NCBI GenBank assembly: GCA_043228905.1
Contig: JBHGNT010000002.1
Coordinates: 24,056,001-24,120,000, forward strand
Direction of reading: 5' to 3'
Source: Azolla caroliniana
Lineage: Eukaryota > Plantae > Polypodiophyta
DNA length: 64,000 bases
Shown: positions 35,329 to 46,361 of the stretch, piece by piece
Position numbering within the stretch: the first letter of the stretch is position 1
Layout of the letters: every line of letters begins with the position of its first letter
Position numbers and translations under genes: made by a program
Notes under the pieces: model-generated
Database searches by the model: none
What the model was told of the DNA's origin: nothing
Seen by the model: only the letters and a program-made list of their open reading frames with translations

Positions 35329-38300
35329 TGTCGTGGAGAAAACCGTCCCTAGGTGGAAATTGAGTATAATGTGCGCAAACCGGCCCTTACACGTGGGCAC
35401 TAGTTTTGTTGTATAGTCCGTAGGTAGGTACAAGTCGCCTGAGGTGAAATCCTAAGTAACACACATTCAGTAGGGAGGGAATCGAGGCGTATCCCTGTCC
35501 GAAAGGACAGGGAATAAACATGATGTGACGGATGGTAACGGCCTCTCTTTAGGCTATAAAAGAGAGGGAGAGGTATGGAAAATTTATCGCGTTTTAGCAG
35601 AGGACGAAGTGCTACTGGACTGGGACCAAGCCCTTCTCCTCTCCTCTCCTCCGTCGCCCCTTTATTGTTCTGTGCAGGGTTTGGGAGGCTGACTCTGCTC
35701 CGTAGGACGCCCAAGAGCTACCGGTAGAGTCTCCACCTCGCGTTCTGTGTGTGTGTGCGTGTGCGTAGGCGTCAGTGCCCATCACTCGCCGGCTTCTTGG
35801 TTGTAACACATTCATGCATATATATATATATACATAAACATTTGTTCTATCTCCATCTGGCATTCTGTAGCTAATTGCAATTCCTGTGATTCTATGGGTC
35901 TGTGAATTACATCGTAAGAGTCCTTCCCCTCCCTTCATTCGGTTATTTCTCGGACCGAGGCCCCGATGGTCCCGCCTCGTTCTCCACGCACGTGCGTAAC
36001 AGCGCGACATATTTGGTGAACCCGACGTGAACAAGCGGCAGAGGAATAGAAAGATGAGAGGGTCGGATCTTGCAGAAGCCATGGCTTCGGCTGTGGATTG
36101 GATAGTGAGTGCGCGCGAAGGCACAGGCGCCCTCGATAGGGTTATTGAAGTGGTCGTGGGCACGATAGGCCGGTTCGGTGGGAAGGACGCCACGAGTTAT
36201 TTGGAGGCCGATCGAGCTGAAATGGTGATGAGGGACATCCCGGAGGACAGACGACTGGTCGGATTCCCTTGGGTGGCGATGTCAGGCATCCACGCGGATG
36301 TGCTTGAGGTACGATCTGAGAGTCGGACCTTGGAAGAGTTTGAAGGTCGGCTCCTTGAAAAATACGGGCTTGATGATGCACTCCGGCTGTCAAAGTGGGA
36401 CTTCATGGAATGGGTGGAGACCCCCAAAAAGGGGAGAAACGCGTCGGTGCTCCTTCGGGAGTTTGAAGAACGCTTCGCACGACTTTCGGCGCTGGACTGA
36501 ACCATGCTGGACACAAGTTGTGTCCTATTGTTCGTTAAATCGGTGGACGGAAGGGACCGAGAGCAAGTGGGCTTCCTGCTGGAGATCGATGACGGCCTAA
36601 CAACCGACTGGGCCGTGGTAAAGAGAGTCTGCGACCACTTTGACAAACGGCATGAGTGGGTTGATAAAGGCTCGACGGAGGCGGGTTCTGTTTCGACAAG
36701 GAAGGTCGAGGTACCCCCACCGGCGCGAAGGGAAGAGACCCGAGACGGGCTCGAGATGGGCTCGACCTTGACCGTCTTGGTCAAAGGCTCGTCCGGAGGA
36801 ACGGCTTTGGAGGAGCAAACTCAGATGGTGAGGGACCTCCAGATCGCGCAAGCACGGAGGGACGGCGGCGAACAAGTCTGTGACTGAAGGCCTCCGGCTG
36901 GGAACCGGTGCTTGTGGTGCGACGCGGTCAGCCACGCCCGAAAGGACTGCGGGGACTTCGCCAAAGCGATAAGAGCTAACGTGGTGTACCTATGAAACAG
37001 CCGTGTGCATGCTAGCGAGACCCGGAGGGCCTTGGATTTGATTGTCGGACAAGGGGGTATGAAATGGTTGATGGAAGAAGCGGCGGCTCACCACGCGGAG
37101 ACCGTCCACTACTCGACATCGGCGGGAATCTGGGTCGGAAGCGATGAAGACCAGAAGATGAAGGAAGTCGGATTCTGGCTGTTGGTGCTGGAAGGCCTCG
37201 CCGGCATACGGTTGAGGAAAGAGGAAGCGGACCGCGCAGAAAGACGGGTCCGGGAGGTAACCGGGTGTAGTGACCCGATCGAAGAGAAGACGGGCTTCGT
37301 GGAAGCCGCGTGCCAGAACTACGAGGTTCTGGTGGAAGACAAGCGAGCGGGAAAGACCGGGGGGGCCGGACCCTCGCAATGGTATGAGACCCGGTTCGGG
37401 CCGAAGCAGAGTGATGTGGGTGCATCCGGCGCATCGGATAAGGGCAGGAAGGTCGGTTATCGGTTGAGCATGGAGATCGAAAGGACCATGGACCTACAAA
37501 AGGTCTTGGAGGAACGAATCCTCGACAACAAAGTGGAGCTGTTGCTGAGGGAAGTGCTCGGTATCGCTAAGGAGTTCCACGACTCCATCGTAGACTTGGT
37601 GAAGCGGAAAAGGCTCTCAAAGGAGCCGAAGCCGGAGAAGCTGGTGGAGGTGCGAACGACGCACCTAGAAGACATGGCCCTGGAGGATGAGTTGGCGGAA
37701 AGCCACTACTCGAGGCTACATTGGGCTAGGGCCACTACGGAAACCCTTGTTTGGATCGGGGACGTTCACGAACCGGTGGTAGCGTTGGTAGACCACGGTT
37801 CGGAGGTCAACCTGATGTCCATAGACTTCTACAAGAAGGGAAAGTGGCCGATCAACACCAAGCATGGGTGGAAAATACGGGCAGCAACGCGCGCCATGAA
37901 AGAGCTACACGGAGCCTGGCCGAATGTACGAGTCAAAATCGGCGACATCGAGATCGACCAGCACTTCTTCATGCAGGAGACGTCCTCGCATCCGGTGATA
38001 CTCGGAGAACCGTACATCACGGCGGCGCGCATGGAGACAAAGGTGCTGGACAACGGTTCGGCATATGCACGAGTCAAGAGCTAGGATGGGCCTCACTCGG
38101 TCCAGTTCCTGACAGTGCGACCAAAACATGAGCAACATGTTTGCGTTCACAAGTGGAAGGATCGCGCACAAGTGGAAGGATAAGGAATATTCCGTTTGAT
38201 TTTGGGGTTTTTTTTGCCATTTCACAAAACATCTTGATACTAGTATCACATGTTCTCCAAAATTTGATGAAAAAGTTAAAAATTTCACCATTTAGTAAAA

Positions 38301-39005
38301 TTGAAAAATGCCAAATTTGGGTAAAATATGAAAAGTAACTTTGTGGATTTTTAAAGAAAAATGACAACTAATAAGTTTTTAGATCTTAAAGAAATCAAAG
38401 TAGAATATTTCAAAACAATGAACGTTTTTATTCCATTCGATAAAATGTTGTCTAAATTTGTTACATATAGTTGCACAACAAATACATTTGGGAGTTATTT
38501 GCATGACTATCATCATTCTTTTCATGAGAATCACTACTATAGATAATATACAATTGTGACTCTTCCTCCTCATCTTCCAATGTACCAATCAAATCATTGT
38601 CTTCACCAAATGGTATCTCCAAATTTTGTGCAATAAATCTTCTTCGCCTTCAATCTGAGATATCTTCTAGACTTGCTAATATCTCTTTTATTATGCATAT
38701 CGTTGTTGTCCTTATACATCCAACTTTTGTTTGTGTAAAGTCATACATAATGATATCCACCTCATTAATGTCAATGATAGATGTATTACAAACGTTTAAT
38801 ACATCATCACGTCCAAAACTTTACCAATGCAGAATTGGTACCCTAGGTCATGGCCATCTACAAGTGTAGCTATTAATATCCCCATCTTGAGTTCTTGCAA
38901 GTTTCCTTGTCATCTGAGTTATACTTGTGTTGTCATCCTTCGTTCCAACTATAAAGATTAACATTAAGTAGTGATTAAGAATCACGCGAACACTTTATGG
39001 ACCAT

Positions 39006-41300
39006 GTAAATGGCATTTGCAAGGTTCAATTACCATCAACACAATTATTAATAGTTTTTTGTTAATCAATGATGCACATGTTCACCATAAAGTATCTTGT
39101 TGTACAACATACTTGTTTGCACTATCGATCTGCATCTTTTTCTCTTGTTAAAACAAACATTTTAGTACGATTCAAGTTCATGTTTAAAAAACCTCTTTTA
39201 TTTGAAAAACAACAAGTTTTTAAACATTAAGTCGATATGTTATATCGAGTTGATGTAAAAAATAGAGTTTTCATCATAATTCCATACAATGTATTGAATT
39301 CTTGCTCAAAGTTTTTTTTACTGGATTTAAAAAAAAAATAAAAAAAAAATTGTGCTTGAGTTCATCTAGAAAACCATAATTTTCATCACAATTCGATATA
39401 ATGTATTGAGTTCATGCTTAAAGTAATTTTTTCTAATTGTTTTCAATTTTGTTTCAATTTTTTTCAATTTTTTATAATTTTTTATTGATTTTGTTTTATT
39501 TTTTAAATATCAATTTGATACATTGTATCGACTTGTGATAAAAGCTTTGGTTTTTTAATCACTTATTAAAGCTCAATTTTGTTTTAGAAAAAAAAAACAA
39601 AATACCAAAATAAAATAGAAAAAAATGTAATTATTTTTTTAAAAAAATCCAAAATTAAACTTTTCATGTCATGATATGGTAGGACTCGAACCCATGACCT
39701 TATTTTACATGGGTCAAGCTCTTGACCATTAGACCATACATTATAATACATAAAATAGTATTTTTATCACTTATTAAAGCTTAATGTTTTTTAGAAAAAA
39801 AACAAAACACCATAATAAAATAGGAAAAAATGTAATTATTTAAAAAAAAAAATCCAAAATAAAACTTTAAACATGAACTCGATACGCCGTATCGGGTTCA
39901 TGTTGAAAAGGCGTATTGAGTTCATGTAAAAAAGTTAGTTAGTTTATGTCATGATATGGTAGGATTCAAACCCATGACCTTATACTACATGGGTCAAGTT
40001 CTTAACCATTAGACCATACATTGTAATACATGAAATATTATTTTCATCACTTATTAAAGCTTAAAGTTTTTTAGAAAAAAAAACAAAATACCAAAATAAA
40101 ATAGGAAAAAATGTAATTATTTAAAAAAAAAAATCCGAAATAAAACTTTAAACATGAACGTTCATGTAAAAAAGTTAGCTTTTCAACATGAACTCGATCA
40201 AGTTCATGTTGAAAAGGTGTATCGAGTTCATGTAAAAAAGTTAGCTTAGTTCATGTCATGGTATGGTAAGACTCAAACCCATGACCTTATGCTACATGGG
40301 TCAAGCTCTTGACCATTAAACCATACATTGTAATACATAAAATATTATTTTCATCACTTATTAAAGCTCAAATTTTTTTAGAAAAAAAAACAAAATACCA
40401 AAATAAAATAGGAAAAAATGTAATTATTTTTAAAAAAAAATCCGAAATAAAACTTTAAACATGAACTCGATACGCCGTATCGAGTTCATGTAAAAAAGTT
40501 AGCTTTTCAACATGAACTCGATCGAGTTCATGTTGAAAAGGCGTATCGAGTTCATGTACAAAAGGTAGCTTTTCAACATGAACTCAATACGCCGTAGATT
40601 AACTCATGTCATCATCAGTCCCTCTCAGTCCCTCTCTCTCTCTCACTCTCTCTTTCTCTTCTTTTCTCAACTGTTCTACACCTTAAATTCTTCTTAGTAC
40701 TAATATTTCTATCTTAGTACTAATTTCGTCTCTATCTTAGAATTTTCTTTTTGAGCTTTAATAAGTGATGAAAAAACCAGAGTTTTTATCACAAGTCGAT
40801 ACAATGTATCGAGTTCATGTTTAAAATTATTATTATTTGCATAAAAAATTAAAAAATAAAAGAAATTGAAAAAAACAAAAAAAAATTGAAAAAAAATAAA
40901 AAAATTTGAAACAAATTGAAAATGTTTTTTTAAAAATTAGAAGAAATTACTTTAAACATGAACTTGATACATTGTATTGAATTGTGATGAAAAATCTGGT
41001 TTTTCTATGAACTCAAGCTTAATTTATTATTATTATTATTTTTTAAATACGGTAACAAAACTTTGAACATGAATTCAATATATTGTATAGAGTTATGATG
41101 AAAACTCTATTTTTTACGTCAATTCAATATAACATATCGTGTTCATGTTTAAAACTCTTGTTGTTTTTCAAATAAAAGAGGTTTTTTAAAGATGTATGTT
41201 GCACAACACGATACCTTATGGTAAATATGTGCTTCATTTATTGGAAGAAAACCATTAATAATTGTGTTGATGGTAATTGAACTTTGCAAATGCCATTTAC
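39006..41300. repeat. Long internal inverted repeat (arms about 39006-39580 and 40750-41300)
   Basis: gtaaatggcatttgcaaggttcaattaccatcaacacaattattaat is the reverse complement of 41255-41300; similarity continues inward to atcacttattaaagctc / gagctttaataagtgat. Confidence 0.85.
39560..40600 (-). repeat. Tandem 210-310 bp units, each with a tRNA-like A-box/B-box segment (39672-39740, 39952-40020, 40259-40327)
   Basis: Minus strand TGGTCTAATGG...GGGTTCGAGTCC; unit start atcacttattaaagct repeated four times. Confidence 0.75.
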
Positions 41301-43776
41301 TTCACAAATTTTGAAGGGGAATTCCTATAAGGAAGGAGATTATAACATTGTAGATACCTTGATAACTATGTGTTATGTTCAAATTGATATATTAATGTTC
41401 AAATCTAAAGTTTGACAATTTATGAATATCGTCTACATTTTAGGAGTTGTGGATTTATCAAAATTGTTTATAAATATTGTCTACATTTCTTGAGTTGTGA
41501 ATTTATGGATGTTAATGAGCACTAATTTATAGATGATGACATTAAGGATTGCAATATTACCTTTTATACTTAAAACATTTTCAAGTCTAACAATAGATGT
41601 AGCCTTAATCTTCTCAAGACGGTGAAACCATTAATCTTAACTTGTGCCTTGAGTTGACCATAATTGTGATTTTCTTTAAGTTAACTACATTTCATATCTG
41701 CAAACCATCAACATTTAAACATTATCCCTAAACTATTCAATTTTAAAAATTATCATTTTGAAATTTGTTAAATCTCAAAAAATTAGCCAAATTTACATGC
41801 TATTTAAAACATGTGATACTAGTGTATCAAGTTTTTGGAAATTGTCTAAAATCGCAAGATTATAAAAGGAATCTATAAGTGGAATGTGCAATCCTTCCAC
41901 TTGTGAATGCAAAGGTGTTGAGCGTAACCACGAGACCCTCGGTGCCAAAACCTGAGGGGATTTTTAGAGAGGGCTATCAAGGTGTGGGGCCACGATAGTC
42001 CAAACACCTCGAAAAACCCCCACAGATGTACTATAGGCGAAAAGGCCTGTACTATAGGTAGGAAATTTTGGCTCTCTAATAGCGGTGGTTGTACGGTAGC
42101 CGGCGAAGTTGGCCTGGAAAAGAAACAGGCGGAGGAGCGACTCCCGGCATGCGGAGTCCTTGGGCCTGAAGAGGAAATCAGCGGAGCCGTGGAGGCGGTC
42201 TCTTTTTACAACACCTTGGGGAAGTTATGGGAGGTGTTCAGAGAAGGCCTTAATGCGAACAGGACGATTCCGGTATGTTCGGAAAAGATGTACGAAGTCA
42301 TCGCCGACTTCGGCGGTGGACTCGAGTCGGATTGGACGGCCCCAATGGATACGAAGTACAAGACTGTGGACCGGAAGGTGAGGTCAGTTGTGGCACCCTT
42401 GCTGGAGGGCAGCGAGTTACAGATAAAGGGGGTCGCGTGGGACCCAAGTCGACTAGATCCAGCCAGCATAGGACACACGTTCACCGAGATAACGCTACAG
42501 GAGCTCAAGATCGGTTGGGGTGGTTTCCTGCTGCCGACTGAAGAGGACCGGTTTCGGAGAATGCTCGGGAGGCACGGGAAGGCTTTTGCATTCTCACTGG
42601 AGGAGATCGGGTGCGTAGACCCGAAGGTTGTGGAACCAATGGTGATCTTCATGGTACCGCATGTGCCGTGGAATCTCAAGACGATTCCGGTACCCAGAGC
42701 TCACATCCCGAAACTTATGGAGCTGCTGAAACAGAAGGTGGAGATGGGCATCCTCGAACCGTCGAGTGCCCCATATTCGAATTGGTGGTTTACCGTGCCG
42801 AAGAAGAACGGCACACTGCGCTTCATAGAGGACCTACAGCCGGTCAACTAAGTGACCATTCAAAATGCAGGTATCGGACCGACCATCGATGAGTTCGCAG
42901 AGGCCTTCGCAGGGAGGTATCTACTCGGTCGGGGATTTGTACTCAGGGTACGATCAGTTCCAACTAGCCGTAGAGAGCAGGGATGTCACGACGATGCGGA
43001 CTCCTCTCGGCCTAGTTTGGATGTGTACGTTGCCGCAAGGAGGAACGAACTTGGTGGCGCACATGGTGAATGAGATGAACAAGGTGTTGAGGGACTGCAT
43101 CTTGGACATCACCGTGCCATTTCTAGACGACGTACCGATCCAAGGATGTCCGGTGGAGGACAAGGATGAGTCTGTCATGATGGATCACATCCGTGACTGC
43201 GAGAAGGTGCTACAAAGACTCGAGAGCGCGTGGCTCACCTTCTCCGGAGAAAAAATCAGCCTTCGGACAGCTAGAGATCTTGGTAGTCGGACACCTGTGC
43301 GGGCCCTATGACCGGAAACCGTCCCCGGCGAAGGTAGAAGCCATCTCCGCGATGAAGGATGATTGCGGGTCGGTTACCAAGGTTCGCAGATTCTTGGGGG
43401 CGTGCGCGTTCTACCACATCTGGATTCCGCACTACGCACATGTCGCGGAGCCACTCTACGAGCTATTGAAGAAAGGGCGTAGGTTCGAGTGGAGGATGGA
43501 GCACACGGAGTCAGTCCGGAGGATGAAGGAGGCGCTTGCTGCGGCACCGGCTCTCCGAAAAGCGGTTTATGGCAAGGAAGTCCCCATCTGCGTGACGGTG
43601 GACACGAGCCTGACCGGGATTGGGTGGGTAATCAGTCAGGAGGACAAGGGCGGCGTACGGGTCCCGATCCGGTTCCGGGCTAAGGTATTGAGCAAGAGAC
43701 AGCGAGGATACGCCCAAGTTAAGCACGAGCTTTGGGGTATCGTTTCGGCAGTCAAGGCCGACAAGGACTATTTGAT

Positions 43777-44862
43777 CGGGACAGAAGTGATCATCGAGAC
43801 GGACTGCCTACCGATTCTAGGTATGGTCTCCGGATGCGCGACTCCGGACCTGGCAATGCTCAGGTGGATCGCGTACATCAAGTCTCTGAACCCGGAGATA
43901 CGACACATCTCCGGGAAAGATAATGCCATGGTTGATATGCTTTCAAGGGCGCGTTTCAGTGACGAGGACGACATGGTTTCGGATAACAAGGAAGTTGGCG
44001 AAGATTTCTTCAGGTCAGCCAACGTAACAACAAGAAATGGGAGCACTCCAGCGTTTAACGAATTCAACGAGAGCAAGTACGACGGGGAGTGGCTCCAGAT
44101 CGGCAGGTTCCTGAAGGCAATGACACCGGACGCGGCATGGACGAAGGAAGAGGCCAACCGGATTCGGAAGAAAGCATATTGATTCTTTCTACGGGACAAG
44201 AGCATATGGAAGCACCCGAAGAAGGGAGATGACATCCCGCTCTGAGTGGTGGCAAAGAAAGAGGAACAGGAAGAATTGTTGACGGCGTACCACGAGAGTC
44301 CCTGGGCCGGACACCGCGGGACAGAAGTGATCATCGAGACGGACTGCCTACCGATTCTAGGTATGGTCTCCAGATGTGCGACTCCGGACCTGGCAATGCT
44401 CAGGTGGATCGCGTACATCAAGTCTCTGAACCCGGAGATACGACACATCTCCGGGAAAGATAATGCCATGGTTGATATGCTTTCAAGGGCGCGTTTCAGT
44501 GACGAGGACGACATGGTTTCGGATAACAAGGAGGTTGGCGAAGATTTCTTCGGGTCAGCCAACGTAACAACAAGAAATGGGAGCACTCCAGCGTTTAACG
44601 AATTCAACGAGAGCAAGTACGACGGGGAGTGGCTCCAGATCGGCAGGTTCCTGAAGGCAATGATACCGGACGCGGCATGGACGAAGGAAGAGGCCAACCG
44701 GATTCGGAAGAAAGCATATTGATTCTTTCTACGGGACAGGAGCATATGGAAGCACCCGAAGAAGGGAGATGACATCCCGCTCCGAGTGGTGGCAAAGAAA
44801 GAGGAACAGGAAGAATTGTTGACGGCGTACCACGAGAGTCGCTGGGCCGGACACCGCGGGAC
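43777..44862 (+). repeat. 540-bp tandem duplication inside pol (RNase H to IN linker) of element B
   Basis: cgggacagaagtgatcatcgagac at 43777 and 44317; CGGGAC microhomology at the junction. Confidence 0.95.
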
Positions 44863-46361
44863 GTGGGCCACATTCGAGAAGCTAAAGGGGAAGTACTAGT
44901 GGCCGGGACTATACCATGACGTGCATCGATTCGTGACGACTTGAGAAAGCTGTCAGGTGCACTCCATAGTCCGACATCGGGACGAGCTCCACCCGACCTA
45001 CCCTCCGACTGTCCACTTCAAATGGATGGTGGATCTGGTGACGATGCCGATGGGGGTAGGGCAGATGCGATATCTGGTGCTGACTCAGGAGGACCTGACG
45101 AACTAGGTGAAAGGCCGAGCGTTGTAGAGCAAAATGACCGCGGCCGTGTGCCGATTTCTGATCAAAGAAGTGGTATGTCGGTACGAGTGCGTAGGGAAGA
45201 TCGTGGCCGACCGCGGGGAATTGGACGCGCAAGAGGCGGAAGAGCTATTTGGACGGCTAGGAATTAAACTCTCGCTCACCACGGCATACAATCCGGAGGC
45301 CAACGGGATGGTGGAGCGCGGACACGGGCCAATCATCAAAGCGTTAGTACAGGCGTCAGGAGGCCAAGTCAGGAATTGGCCGCGGCTTCTACCCTACGCG
45401 TTGTGGGCAGACCGAACCACGCACAGTTCGGTAACCGGGTTCGTGCCGATAGAGCTAATGTATGGGAGAAGCCGATCATGCCTACGGAGCAGACAATCTC
45501 CTCGTGGGCCACGGTGGCTTGGAACAACGAGATGAGCCAGCAGGAGCTATTAGCGGCATAGATTTGGCAGCTAGAACAAAGACCGGAGGACGTGGACCGA
45601 GCCAGGTGGCAAGGGTTAAGAGCAAAGGACGGTTCGACCGGACTCACTGACTGAGGCGGGAACAGATCGAGGAAGGCGATTGGGTTCTAGTATACGACAG
45701 CAACCTCGACAACCAGCACCGGGCAACGTGGAAGTTTTCAAGAATTTGGTACGGGCCTTATGCGGTGACGAGTGCCAACCACAATGGGACCTACCATCTC
45801 GCAGAGCTCGACGGGACAAGGATGGCGATACCGGTGGCGGGGAAAAGGATCAAAGCCTTCAAAAAGCGGCACGAGGCTGAACCGGACCCGGGCGACCTAG
45901 ATAGCGACAACGACTGGCTCGGGACGGATGCCGATCCAGAAGACGAAGGATAAGCGTGGCCCGGTCTTCTCCGACAGGAGTCTCATTTTGGCGCATACCG
46001 GCGGATGCGTGGTTAGGTGGGGGCGGATGTCGTGGAGAAGACTGTCCCTAGGCGGAAATCGAGTATAACGTGCGCAAACCAAACTTACACGTGGGCACAA
46101 GTTTTGTTGTATAGTCCGTAGGTAGGTACAAGTCGCCTGAGGCGAAATCCTAAGTAGCACGCATTCAGTAGGGAGGGAATCGAGGCGTATCCCTGTCTGA
46201 AAGGACAGGGAATAAACATGATGTGACGGATGGTAACGGCCTCTCTTTAGGCTATAAAAGAGAGGGAGAGGTATGGAAAATTTATCGCGTTTTAGCAGAG
46301 GACGAAGTGCTGCTGGACTGGGACCAAGCCCTTCTCCTCTCCTCTCCTCCGTCGCCCCTTT

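Larger units (their letters stand above)
38134..41919. mobile_element. Non-autonomous AT-rich TIR DNA transposon (3786 bp) inserted at the end of the protease region of element B
   Basis: About 35-bp TIR AACATGTTTGCGTTCACAAGTGGAAGGATCGCGCA / revcomp AACACCTTTGCATTCACAAGTGGAAGGATTGCACA; GAGC on both flanks; excision restores ..PKHERN.. Confidence 0.9.
35329..46361 (+). mobile_element. Near full-length Gypsy element B (5' LTR 35329-36009, PBS 36014, gag-PR, pol, PPT 46011-46027, 3' LTR 46028-46361 truncated)
   Basis: The two LTR starts (TGTCGTGGAGAA) are near identical over about 330 bp; full domain order gag-PR-RT-RH-IN with many stops; interrupted by a TIR element. Confidence 0.92.

Noticed and set aside
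39672-40327. Three functional tRNA genes
   Set aside because: A and B boxes are present but there is no proper acceptor stem or 7-nt anticodon loop; kept only as tRNA-like repeats
43768-44871. 367-aa minus ORF and similar antisense ORFs across Gypsy pol
   Set aside because: Shadow frames of pol, lengthened here by the 540-bp duplication
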